From Actinomycetes bacterium (GTDB lineage: Bacteria > Actinomycetota > Actinomycetes > S36-B12), in the NCBI GenBank assembly GCA_024639145.1, contig JAHEIZ010000015.1, positions 26,565 through 90,564 on the forward strand: a stretch of DNA of 64,000 bases. Reading direction: 5' to 3'. Below, in pieces: positions 28,578-37,521 of this stretch (the stretch's first letter is position 1; every line of letters begins with the position of its first letter). A program made the translations under genes and the position numbers. The notes beneath the pieces are model-generated. The model did not search any database and was not told the origin of the DNA. It saw only the letters and a list, made by a program, of their open reading frames with translations.

Positions 28578-29576
28578 TCAGTCGAGCCGGCGCTCTGAGC
28601 CGCGCAGGATCAGCGTGGTCGGAAGAACGTGATCGTGGTGCTCCGCGCCGACACCGTTCAGGCGTTCGATGAGCAAGGAAGCGGCCAATGTTCCCATCTG
28701 CTCGACGTCCTGGCTGACCACCGACACCTCGGGTTGCATGAGCCCTGCGAGATCGAAGTCGTCGAAGCCGATGAGTGGCAGTCGGCGTCCGGCATCACGG
28801 AAGGCCCAAAGAGCTCCGATGGTCGCTCGATTATTCGCGCCGAACACGGCATCGGCATCGGTGTCTGCGAGCATTCGCGACACCGCAACACGTGCTTGCT
28901 CTTCCGTATGCGCCTCAGTGAATACGAGTTCGGGTCGTATCTCGATTCCGCGCTCACTGAGCGCGAGATCGTATCCGTGCATGCGCTGTTCGAGGGTATA
29001 GATCGACAGCGCATCGCCGACGAATGCCACCGAACGCGCCCCTTCGTCGATCAGCGTGGTCACTGCGGCGCGAGCGCCGCCGAGATCGTCCGAGAGAACT
29101 GCATCGGCCGCCATCGCCGATACAGGACGGTCGAGGAACACGATCGGCGGGAGAGCACCGGCGATCTCGTCCCAACTTCGCGTCGGGCGATGCGGCGGAA
29201 CGATGATGAGTCCGTCGACACGTTGCTCGACAAGGCGATCTACCAGCTTGTCGTGCCGAAGGCCGTCCTCCTCGGAACTCGCAGTGATGAGCAGGTAGCC
29301 CCGATCGGAAGCCTCGCGCTCGACTGCCCGGGTCAACGCGGAGTAATAAGGGTTCGAGAGATCGCCGATGATGAGTCCGAGCATCTTGCTGTCCCAGCCC
29401 GGACGAATACTGGCAGCGGCCAGGTTTCGTCGATAGCCCAGTGATTCGATTGCGAGACGAATGCGCTCGGCGAGCTCGCTGTCGATGTTCGTCGCACCAT
29501 TGACGTATCGGGAGACCGTGCGCAGAGCGACCCCCGCCTCGCGAGCGACATCGTTCATGGTCGGGCTTGAGCCCAT
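28578..29576 (-). CDS. LacI family transcriptional regulator
   Basis: HTH MNDVAREAGVALRTVSRYVNG followed by a periplasmic-binding-fold sugar domain. Confidence 0.9.
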   Translation of the reverse strand: MGSSPTMNDVAREAGVALRTVSRYVNGATNIDSELAERIRLAIESLGYRRNLAAASIRPGWDSKMLGLIIGDLSNPYYSALTRAVEREASDRGYLLITASSEEDGLRHDKLVDRLVEQRVDGLIIVPPHRPTRSWDEIAGALPPIVFLDRPVSAMAADAVLSDDLGGARAAVTTLIDEGARSVAFVGDALSIYTLEQRMHGYDLALSERGIEIRPELVFTEAHTEEQARVAVSRMLADTDADAVFGANNRATIGALWAFRDAGRRLPLIGFDDFDLAGLMQPEVSVVSQDVEQMGTLAASLLIERLNGVGAEHHDHVLPTTLILRGSERRLD

Positions 29577-30625
29577 CAGCGGCCTTCGGTCAGGAAAGTG
29601 AGGGGATCGGCGAGTTCGGGGCTTAGTTCGCTGATCACCTCAACTGTCGTCCTTCTCCCGGATACGAGTGCCCCCGAGCACGCGGCAGCGAGAAGCGCCG
29701 TCGCCTCAGGTGCGAATCCTGCCGCGATGCCGCACAGGAGTCCGGCGCTCAAGGCATCGCCCGCGCCATTGGTCGTGACGGGGATGTCGCGCCACAGCGG
29801 TGCCAGGTGAAAATCCTGGTCGGCCCACTCGTCGGCTCTCTCGAGAAGAGCGCGACCGGCACGACGGAATCGCCGGGAGTCTGCCGTGCGCACGAACAGT
29901 CCTTGGGCGCCTGCGGAGATCGCGGCGATGGCCACCCCCCACTCGAGGAGCTGAGTGAGCATGCGATCGATCAGCGCAGTACTGAAGGGTTCGTCGATGC
30001 GTAGGGCCGACGTGAGGTCATCAAGGCTGGGTGAGATCACATCGGTCTGCCCTGCGATGAGCGGGAGGATTGCATGCCAATCGAGGCTCGCTGCCGCAGA
30101 GGCGGTGTCGACGTAGGACAGATCCACGGAAGTGGTCACGCCGGCCCCTCGCGCGCGAGTCAGCAGGGCATCCAGCGGGGCTGCATCATCCGCGACGAGT
30201 GCAGGGAGCAATGCTGGGTAGCCGACATGCAGGAGATCGACCCCGTCGAGAGCGATCTCGCCTCCATCGAATCTCGCATTCGCGCCGATGCTGTGCCAGA
30301 TCGTGCGATCGACACCGTGCGGCTCGAGGATCAGGCTGTACGACGTGCCCACCTGGCTGAGAGATCGAATACCTGAGATATCTGCACCGCGAGCCTGTAG
30401 CGAGTCGCGCACGTAGTGCCCGAGCTCGTCATCGCCGACTCCGCACTCCAACCTGAGAGGGACACCCAGGTCGAGGAGATTCTCGCCCGTGTTGCCCACC
30501 ATGCCGCCGAGCTGCATCGACAATGGGCCGATCTCGATGAGTCGTCCGGGGGCGAACTGAGCGGACTCGTCGATGTGCGGGCGAAGATCGACGCAGACGA
30601 GACCGGCAATGGAGATGCTGTGCAT
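29576..30625 (-). CDS. PfkB family carbohydrate kinase
   Basis: Ribokinase-like fold with a C-terminal TNGAGDALSAG anion-hole motif. Confidence 0.85.
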   Translation of the reverse strand: MHSISIAGLVCVDLRPHIDESAQFAPGRLIEIGPLSMQLGGMVGNTGENLLDLGVPLRLECGVGDDELGHYVRDSLQARGADISGIRSLSQVGTSYSLILEPHGVDRTIWHSIGANARFDGGEIALDGVDLLHVGYPALLPALVADDAAPLDALLTRARGAGVTTSVDLSYVDTASAAASLDWHAILPLIAGQTDVISPSLDDLTSALRIDEPFSTALIDRMLTQLLEWGVAIAAISAGAQGLFVRTADSRRFRRAGRALLERADEWADQDFHLAPLWRDIPVTTNGAGDALSAGLLCGIAAGFAPEATALLAAACSGALVSGRRTTVEVISELSPELADPLTFLTEGR

Positions 30626-30634
30626 GCCGAGATC

Positions 30635-31783
30635 TCAGGGGGTGACCGACGCGCCGGTGGCCTGCGAGCGCAGGGCGGCGTCGAAGATCCGATGGGTCAG
30701 CGCAGCCTCGTCGGGCGTGACGCAGCCGAAGCGATCTCCCAGTACTCCCTCGCGCTCGGCAAGGAAAGCAGCCCACATCTGCAGGATGGCATCGGAGAAT
30801 CCGGTCTCGAAGATTCCGCCGGTCACCGTGGGCCATACCGATTGGCTCCCGGCATCCAGCCGCTGCCAGGCTTGCTCGGTGCCGATACCCGGCACGCTGA
30901 TGCGCGAGAAGACCTCGACCTCCTTCGGTGACTTCGTGCTGAAACGCACGCCGCCCTCGACTCCGATGGCCTCGAAGAACCAGGTGTTCTTCTCACCAGG
31001 AGCAATGCGCTTGGTCTCGGTGGTCAGAGGAAACACGTGGTCACCTTCGCGACTCCAGCACTGCAGAACGGCGTTATCCCAGGTGTCGCAGGGAACAGAC
31101 GTGCCGTCGGGGCCGGGGCGTTCGGGAACGATGTTCTGCAGCACCGCACTGACCGACGTCGGTGCCCAGCCAAGGCGCAAAGGCACGTGCCAGGTATGCA
31201 TACCGAGGTCATTCATCACGCCGGCCTCACCGCAGTACTCGACCTGGCGCTTCCAGTTGATCGGCTTGGCGGGATCGATGTCACTCGAGTGCAGGAAGCC
31301 GCACCGTGCCTCGATGATCGTGCCCAGGGCACCGGACTTCACGTAATCGATGGCCCACTGGGCGCCGGGGTAGAAGGGCATCTCACTGGAGCAGCGCACG
31401 AAACTCTCGGGGTGCTCGGCCGATGCCGCGAGAATGGCGTCCGCTGCACTGCCGTCGATCCCGAAGGGCTTCTCGGCGAGCAGGCTCTTGCCGGAGTTGA
31501 TCACATCGACATAGAGCTGCTCATGAAGGTCGTGGCGAACGGCCACATAGACGACGTCAATCGAGTCATCTGCCAGCAGCCCGCGGTAATCGGTGACAAG
31601 ACCGGTGACGGTGTCGATGTCACGGAACCATTCGAGGGCAGCGGGATTGATATCGCACACTGCGGTGAGGCGCGGTCTCACGGGATGATCGATCAGGGCG
31701 GGCCAGCGCTGGATCGCCGCCGCGATCTCGCGGCCCATCAGGCCGCCACCGACGATCGCGACGTTCACCTGGCGCGCACTCAC
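30635..31783 (-). CDS. Gfo/Idh/MocA family oxidoreductase
   Basis: N-terminal Rossmann VNVAIVGGGLMGRE and LLAEKP, the family's signature motif. Confidence 0.85.
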   Translation of the reverse strand: MSARQVNVAIVGGGLMGREIAAAIQRWPALIDHPVRPRLTAVCDINPAALEWFRDIDTVTGLVTDYRGLLADDSIDVVYVAVRHDLHEQLYVDVINSGKSLLAEKPFGIDGSAADAILAASAEHPESFVRCSSEMPFYPGAQWAIDYVKSGALGTIIEARCGFLHSSDIDPAKPINWKRQVEYCGEAGVMNDLGMHTWHVPLRLGWAPTSVSAVLQNIVPERPGPDGTSVPCDTWDNAVLQCWSREGDHVFPLTTETKRIAPGEKNTWFFEAIGVEGGVRFSTKSPKEVEVFSRISVPGIGTEQAWQRLDAGSQSVWPTVTGGIFETGFSDAILQMWAAFLAEREGVLGDRFGCVTPDEAALTHRIFDAALRSQATGASVTP

Positions 31784-32625
31784 GCCTTACTACCAGTCGC
31801 GAGAACGAGGGCCTCATCGACGCTCGCGTTGTCGTGAAGCACGGCCATCAGAGCAGCAGTGATACCTGCCGGATTGTCGTGCTGGATGATGTTACGGCCG
31901 TAGACGATTCCGCTCGCGCCCTGCGCCAGGACAGCAACGGTGCGCTCGAGCAGGGTGCGATCGTCGACCTTGCCGCCACCGCGCACCAGCAGCGGAGTGT
32001 CTCCCGCAACCTCGATGACTTGGTGGTACTCCTCGATGTTGTCGGTGGGGTCGGCCTTGATCAGGTCGGCGCCGAGCTCGCGAGCCTGGCGCACGAGCGC
32101 GCGGATCTTGCCGGTATCGCCGTCGACCATGTAACCGCCGCCGGCCTTCACGTTGTCCTGCATCACCAGGGGCTCCACCATGAGCGGCATGCCGTAACGG
32201 GTGGCTTCCTTGCGAAGTTCCATGATCGACAGGATGCACGCCTCGCGAATCTCCGGACGCCCCGGCAGTTGCAGCAGGTTGACGCACACGGCGACGGCAT
32301 CGAGTCGTACGGCCTGCTCGATGGCATCGGGGAAGTGGTGGCTGAAGATGTGCTCATCGAGCGGATTGCCGTAGACATTGGCGACATCGGTACGCATGAC
32401 CAGCGCAGGCTTGTCCTTGCCGGGAATCTCCTGGAGGAGTCGTGCCTGGCCGGGGGTGAGCTGGATGGCATCAGGGCCCGCGGCGACGATGGTGTCGACG
32501 GCCTGGCGCATGTCCGCGATCCCGCCCAGGAATGAGGGCTCTCCGAAGAAGCCGTGGTCGATCGCGACATCGAGGGCGCGGTGCGAGCGGGAGTTGAACA
32601 GTCGGTTGATTCTCACCGGGGTCAT
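31780..32625 (-). CDS. Class I aldolase of the DhnA/FbaB/LsrF family
   Basis: RALDVAIDHGFFGEP, GADLIKADPT (Schiff-base Lys context) and GIVYGRNIIQHDNP are typical of this family. Confidence 0.8.
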   Translation of the reverse strand: MTPVRINRLFNSRSHRALDVAIDHGFFGEPSFLGGIADMRQAVDTIVAAGPDAIQLTPGQARLLQEIPGKDKPALVMRTDVANVYGNPLDEHIFSHHFPDAIEQAVRLDAVAVCVNLLQLPGRPEIREACILSIMELRKEATRYGMPLMVEPLVMQDNVKAGGGYMVDGDTGKIRALVRQARELGADLIKADPTDNIEEYHQVIEVAGDTPLLVRGGGKVDDRTLLERTVAVLAQGASGIVYGRNIIQHDNPAGITAALMAVLHDNASVDEALVLATGSKA

Positions 32626-32646
32626 GGAAGTCTCCTCATCTGTGGT

Positions 32647-32662
32647 GGGATAACGTTATCCC
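32647..32662. promoter_or_regulatory. Perfect 16-bp palindrome GGGATAACGTTATCCC, probable LacI-family operator
   Basis: The central CG and the ATAACGTTAT core fit LacI/GalR-type operators. It lies 22 bp upstream of the aldolase ATG, in the divergent intergenic region. Confidence 0.6.
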
Positions 32663-32798
32663 GCGTGGAAGGTTGGATTGAGCCTTTTCGCGGAAATTTC
32701 TGTGGCATCCCGTGGGCGAGGGGTCCGACCACTAAGTTGTCTATACAGGTCGAGGCCGCTTTCGAGCCCACCTGCCTCGACAGGAAGTAGCTCAGCGC

Positions 32799-33425
32799 GT
32801 GGATACCGATCTCGGCCAGCCGGTACTCGGATTCGGTCGTATCCCCGACGCACTTCAGCCCCCGGAAGGTACCCAGGCACTTCTGTTCGACTGCGACGGG
32901 ACCCTGGTAGACACCCTGGCCCTCTACAAGAGCTGCTGGACAGTGGTGTTCGGGGCTCGTGGATTCACGTTGACCGAAGAGTGGTTCGAAACCTGGCGCG
33001 GTCACACGATGGAACCCTTTCTCCTTGCTGCGCTCCCTGATCTGACCCCTGATGAGCTCCTTGTCGTCGAACGCGAAGGGCTCGACATGTTCTTCGAGCG
33101 CGCGCATGAACTTGAGGCCTTCGAGCACATCGTCGACATCGCTCGGCAGTTCCATGGCCGCATTCCCATCGCGGTCGTCTCAGGAGGCCCTCGCGACGCA
33201 GTGGAGCGCACGTTGGAGGCAACAGGCCTCGATGAGCTCTTCGACCTCGTCGTCACGAATAGCGATGTCGAAAACGGCAAGCCGGCCCCCGACGTTTACC
33301 TGCTGGCGATGGAGCGGCTCGGTGTCGATGCTGCCCACTGCATCGCTTATGAGGACTCGGGCTCCGGACTCGCATCGGCCGTGGCCGCGGGCATTGCACA
33401 TGTGCGCGATGTGCGCACGATCTAG
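32799..33425 (+). CDS. HAD superfamily hydrolase (beta-phosphoglucomutase-like subfamily IA)
   Basis: LLFDCDGTLVDT motif I, VVSGG motif II, GKPAPD and YEDSGSG motifs III/IV. Confidence 0.8.
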   Translation: MDTDLGQPVLGFGRIPDALQPPEGTQALLFDCDGTLVDTLALYKSCWTVVFGARGFTLTEEWFETWRGHTMEPFLLAALPDLTPDELLVVEREGLDMFFERAHELEAFEHIVDIARQFHGRIPIAVVSGGPRDAVERTLEATGLDELFDLVVTNSDVENGKPAPDVYLLAMERLGVDAAHCIAYEDSGSGLASAVAAGIAHVRDVRTI

Positions 33426-33458
33426 ATTCTCATCACACCGACAACACTGGGAGACACC

Positions 33459-33926
33459 ATGTTCGACTACAGCGCCGAGATGTTCCATGTGGGCTACCTC
33501 GTGCCCGATATCCATGCGGCGATGGCCGACCTCGGCCCGTCGCTGAACCTGAAGTGGACCCAGGTCATCTCGCGTGACGACCAGCCCTGCTGGACTCCTG
33601 AGCGCGGCGCCTTCACCTGCCCGCTCACCTTCGCGTACTCCACTGAGGGCCCGCAGCGCGTCGAGCTGATTCAGGGTGTTGCCGGAACCGTGTGGGATCA
33701 CGGGGGAGCGGGACACCTGCATCACGCGGGCGTGTGGTGCGATGTGCCGGCACTCACTGACTCACTGATCAACCAGGGCTGGGAGCTCATCGCCGCGCAG
33801 AAGGCTCCGGAGGACGGCTACGGATCCTTCACCTACGTGCGCTCTCCCTCGGGCTTCCTGCTCGAGCCCGTCACGCTGAACAACAAGGAGCGCATGGAGC
33901 GCTGGTTCGCGGGCGGTTCGCTGTAA
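33459..33926 (+). CDS. VOC (glyoxalase/bleomycin-resistance/dioxygenase) family protein
   Basis: FHVGYLVPDIHAAMADL...VELIQ...HHAGVW...GFLLE pattern. Confidence 0.7.
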   Translation: MFDYSAEMFHVGYLVPDIHAAMADLGPSLNLKWTQVISRDDQPCWTPERGAFTCPLTFAYSTEGPQRVELIQGVAGTVWDHGGAGHLHHAGVWCDVPALTDSLINQGWELIAAQKAPEDGYGSFTYVRSPSGFLLEPVTLNNKERMERWFAGGSL

Positions 33927-33936
33927 CCCACAGTCG

Positions 33937-33979
33937 CGAGTGGCCGGTACCCGACGGGGTGCCGGCCACTCGTCTTTTC
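33937..33979 (+). terminator. Rho-independent terminator
   Basis: CGAGTGGCCGGTACCC-gac-GGGGTGCCGGCCACTCG followed by TCTTTTCT. Confidence 0.75.
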
Positions 33980-34075
33980 TCGTGACATTCAGCCGAGTCG
34001 AGGGGACCTAAGTCCCTCGGTATCCCTCGTTTACTTACTTTAGATTCGCTACAGGATCTAAGGAGCGGAGGACGG

Positions 34076-34315
34076 ATGCGCACTCGTAAGCACCCCTTGA
34101 GTGGGGCGATCTATGACGTCAGGCCTGATGGCCTGGTTGATGTCACGCAGGGTGATCGCCACGGTGTCTTCACCTCCGAGGGTCACTGGATCGAGGGCGA
34201 TCTCTACTCGGTCGACATTCACCTGTGCGGCTGGCTTGCCGGCCCGCAACTTCCGGCGGGAACGCCGGGCAATCCGAAGGACTTCCCGGCCGAGCAGAAG
34301 GAGAAGAGCGCATGA
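34076..34315 (+). CDS. 79-aa hypothetical protein translationally coupled to the Rieske oxygenase
   Basis: AAGGAGCGGAGG RBS upstream. Its stop overlaps the oxygenase ATG (ATGA at 34312-34315). No family was recognised. Confidence 0.55.
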   Translation: MRTRKHPLSGAIYDVRPDGLVDVTQGDRHGVFTSEGHWIEGDLYSVDIHLCGWLAGPQLPAGTPGNPKDFPAEQKEKSA

Positions 34316-35670
34316 CCGCGACACTGCCGCACCTGACGAGCCCGCTCTCCGCGGACGACCAGTACCAGATGTACATGGATGTTCTCGATCGCGATTCGCG
34401 CACCGTTCCTGAGGTCTACCGCATCAAGAGTCCGTTCCCCGAGGTGTCGATGACGGTACCCGCTTCCCGGTACACCTCGCGCGAGTTCCACGATCTTGAA
34501 GTCGAGAAGGTGTGGAAGAAGGTCTGGCAGATGGCCTGCCGCGAAGAAGACATCCCCACCAAGGGCGAATACGTCATCTATGACATTGCCGGCATCTCTG
34601 TCATCGTGATCCGTCAGGCAGACGGCAGCATCAAGGCGCATCGCAATGTCTGCCTGCACCGCGGTCGCACCCTCAAGGAGGTCGACGGAAAAGTCGACAA
34701 CTTCCAGTGCCAGTTCCACGGCATCAGTTGGAATATCGACGGCACCCTGCGCAACATGCCCTGCAAGTGGGACTTCCCGCAGGTGGGTGATGACTGGTCG
34801 CTCAAGGGCGTCAAGGTCGATACCTGGGGAGGCTTCGTCTTCATCAACCTTGACCCCGACTGCGAGCCCTTGCTCGACTTCCTCGGCGACATGCCTAAGC
34901 AGTTCGAGAAGTGGCCGCTGGAGAAGCGCTTTAAGCAGGTGCACGTGGCGAAGGTGCTGCGCTGCAACTGGAAGGTCGCGCAGGAGGCCTTCATGGAGTC
35001 GTGGCATGTCGTGGCCACCCACTCGCAGCTCCTGCCGGGCATCGGCGACATTGTGGCGACGTACGACACCTTCGGTAACTTCTCGCGTGCGATTACGCCG
35101 AATGCAGTGCCGAGCCCGCACCTGAACTGGCAGCCCACTGAGCAGGAGATGTTCGATGCTCTGACTGATCGCAATCTGGACGAGCCGGTCAATGCGATCC
35201 CGGATGAGATCACCGCTCGCGAGCACATCGCGAACAATCGCCGCAACCACCTGCAGAACGAGCTCGGCGAGGCGGCCCAAGAGCTCTCTGACGCCGAGAT
35301 GCTCGACAGCATGGTCTACACGCTGTTTCCGAACCTGCATCCGTGGGGTTCGTACAACCGCACGCTCTACCGGTTCCGTCCGTATGGCAATGATCCGTCG
35401 ATGTGCATCATGGAGTGCATGATCTTGAGTCCCTACGAGGGCGATGATCGGCCGCATGGGGCAAAGATGCACATGCTGGGCGTCGATGATGACTGGACGG
35501 ATGCTCCCGAGCTCGGGCTGCTGACTCGAGTCTTCAACCAGGACGGTTACAACATGCCGATGGTCCAGCGGGGCCTGGAATCCGACTCACTCCAGGAGGT
35601 CACCTTCGCGGAGTACCAGGAAACCAAGATCCGCCACTTCCATAGCGTGCTCGACGAGTGGATCAAGTAG
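34312..35670 (+). CDS. Rieske non-haem iron aromatic-ring-hydroxylating oxygenase, alpha subunit-like
   Basis: CLHRGRTL...CQFHGISW Rieske motif and ESWHVVATH mononuclear-iron motif. The start is at MTATLPHL (ATG 34312). Confidence 0.85.
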   Translation: MTATLPHLTSPLSADDQYQMYMDVLDRDSRTVPEVYRIKSPFPEVSMTVPASRYTSREFHDLEVEKVWKKVWQMACREEDIPTKGEYVIYDIAGISVIVIRQADGSIKAHRNVCLHRGRTLKEVDGKVDNFQCQFHGISWNIDGTLRNMPCKWDFPQVGDDWSLKGVKVDTWGGFVFINLDPDCEPLLDFLGDMPKQFEKWPLEKRFKQVHVAKVLRCNWKVAQEAFMESWHVVATHSQLLPGIGDIVATYDTFGNFSRAITPNAVPSPHLNWQPTEQEMFDALTDRNLDEPVNAIPDEITAREHIANNRRNHLQNELGEAAQELSDAEMLDSMVYTLFPNLHPWGSYNRTLYRFRPYGNDPSMCIMECMILSPYEGDDRPHGAKMHMLGVDDDWTDAPELGLLTRVFNQDGYNMPMVQRGLESDSLQEVTFAEYQETKIRHFHSVLDEWIK

Positions 35671-35698
35671 GGCGCGCACCCAGATCACGGGGGAATGA

Positions 35699-35740
35699 GG
35701 GGCTCGGTCGCTGAGGCGACCGGGCCCCTTGTCCCTTTCC
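35699..35740 (+). terminator. Hairpin terminator after the Rieske gene
   Basis: A 13-bp stem GGGGCTCGGTCGC-tgag-GCGACCGGGCCCC followed by TTGTCCCTTTCC. Confidence 0.55.
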
Positions 35741-35787
35741 CTGCGGGCTTGGTGCCTCATGCTTAGACTGCGGCTCACCTACGAGTA

Positions 35788-37521
35788 ATGGAGCACGGAA
35801 TGTCTGACGAGAAGTGGTGCATCGACACCGGCCTGGCCACTCAGTTCCCGGTGTACACCCGGTTCAACGCCAACGATGTGCTCCCTGACCCGATCACCCC
35901 ACTGGGTGCCAGCATGTTCTGGAACCCGGAGATGTTCCCCGGCGGCTCGCTGGCCTACGCCGAGCTGGGCTCGGCCACCGCGGTCGAGGCGATCGAGAAC
36001 GAGGCATGGCCGTTCGGTGCCTTCTGCTACGGCTACCTCTACGTGAACGTCACGATGGCGCGCCTCGTGGGCATCCGCAGCGGCATCGGCTGGGAGGGCA
36101 TCGACGCAGCATTCTTCGGCAGTCACCCCGATGCGCCGAAGCATAAGGATCTGCCCACCGACATCAATCCCGAGCTCAGCCAGAAGATCGCCGATCGCAC
36201 GACCTGGACTCTCACGACCTCGACCTTCCCTGAGCTCGATGAGGAGACCCGCATCGCCGACGGGCTGCGTGCCAGCCGCCCTGACTTCTCGACGCTGACC
36301 AACGCAGCACTCGTGGCATACGCGCGCTCGATGATGCCCTACTCACGCCTGATGTGGCGTGGTGAGGTTGTTGCCGGCTCGCAGGCAGCAATCGGCCCCG
36401 CAGTAGTCATGAGCATCCTCGGCCCCGACAACCCGGTGAACGTCGTCGACATCACCGGCCCGGCCGGCGACGTCGTCTCGGCGATGCCGTCATACGCCCT
36501 GTGGGACATGTCGCGCCTGGTTCGCGCCAGTGCACCGCTGACCAAGGCTTTCGACGAAGGCATCGAGGGCCTCAACGAGCGCCTGCGTGCGCATCACCCC
36601 GACTTCGCTCAGCATTTCGCTGCGTTCATTCGTGAGTTCGGCTACCGCGGCCCGTCCGAGTGGGACATGGGTGCCGACTCTTGGGAGACCAAGCCCGAGC
36701 TCGCGCTCTCGCTGCTCGATCGCATGCGCCAGCTCGACGACTCCGCATCGCCGGCCGCACGTCGTGCCGAGAGCTCGGAGCGCTCCGAACGTGCCTACGC
36801 GCAGGTGACCGCATCGCTCGCGGGTGCTGATGAGGCACTGGCCACCCTGCGCATGGGTGTCGACAGCGCGCGCCGATTCGCCGGCTGGCGTGAGCTCGCG
36901 AAGTCGAACTGCATCAAGGTCATCAACGAGGCTCGCGCCGCGATGCTCGAGTTCGGTGGCCGCCTTGCTGCTCAGGGTCATCTCTCCGATGCCTCGCAGA
37001 TCTTCATGGCACTCAATGAAGAGCTCGAGATGCTGGTCTACGGGCCTTCTCGCATGACCGAGAAGCTGGCCGAGCGCGAGAACGAGTGGCGCGCGCTGTT
37101 CGATGTCGAGATCCCGCTGTTCCTTGAAGCGGGCAAGCCGATGAAGAAGCTCTCGGAGTTGCCGCGCAAGACCGATGTCACCTTCGATGTCGCGAAGTCG
37201 GGCGACGTGCTCACCGGTACGCCTGCGTCATCGGGTGTTGCCCGCGGTCGCGCGCGGATCATTCTCGATCCCGGGCAGATCGCCGACTTCGAGCCCGGTG
37301 ACGTGCTCATCGCCCCGCAGACTGACCCGTCGTGGACTCCGCTGTTTGTGGTGGCCAGTGCGGTCGTTGTCGGTGTGGGTGCGCTGAGCAGTCACGCGAT
37401 GATCGTGAGTCGTGAGTTGGGCATTCCGTGCGTGGCCGGTCTGGAAGGCGTGACCAAGCGCATTCCCGATGGCGCCATGGTCGAGGTCGACGGATCGACC
37501 GGAGCAGTCACCCTGCTCTAG
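35788..37521 (+). CDS. PEP-utilizing enzyme family protein with a C-terminal phosphohistidine swivel domain and no ATP-grasp domain
   Basis: The C-terminus GTPASSGVARGRARIILDP...GDVLIAPQTDPSWTPLF...GALSSHAMIVSRELGIPCV is the PEP-utilizers mobile domain. I recognised no PPDK_N/ATP-grasp motifs in the N-terminal ~470 aa. Confidence 0.7.
   Translation: MEHGMSDEKWCIDTGLATQFPVYTRFNANDVLPDPITPLGASMFWNPEMFPGGSLAYAELGSATAVEAIENEAWPFGAFCYGYLYVNVTMARLVGIRSGIGWEGIDAAFFGSHPDAPKHKDLPTDINPELSQKIADRTTWTLTTSTFPELDEETRIADGLRASRPDFSTLTNAALVAYARSMMPYSRLMWRGEVVAGSQAAIGPAVVMSILGPDNPVNVVDITGPAGDVVSAMPSYALWDMSRLVRASAPLTKAFDEGIEGLNERLRAHHPDFAQHFAAFIREFGYRGPSEWDMGADSWETKPELALSLLDRMRQLDDSASPAARRAESSERSERAYAQVTASLAGADEALATLRMGVDSARRFAGWRELAKSNCIKVINEARAAMLEFGGRLAAQGHLSDASQIFMALNEELEMLVYGPSRMTEKLAERENEWRALFDVEIPLFLEAGKPMKKLSELPRKTDVTFDVAKSGDVLTGTPASSGVARGRARIILDPGQIADFEPGDVLIAPQTDPSWTPLFVVASAVVVGVGALSSHAMIVSRELGIPCVAGLEGVTKRIPDGAMVEVDGSTGAVTLL

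Noticed and set aside
34219-35472. 417-aa minus-strand ORF
   Set aside because: It is antisense to the Rieske oxygenase, which has Rieske and mononuclear-iron motifs on the plus strand.
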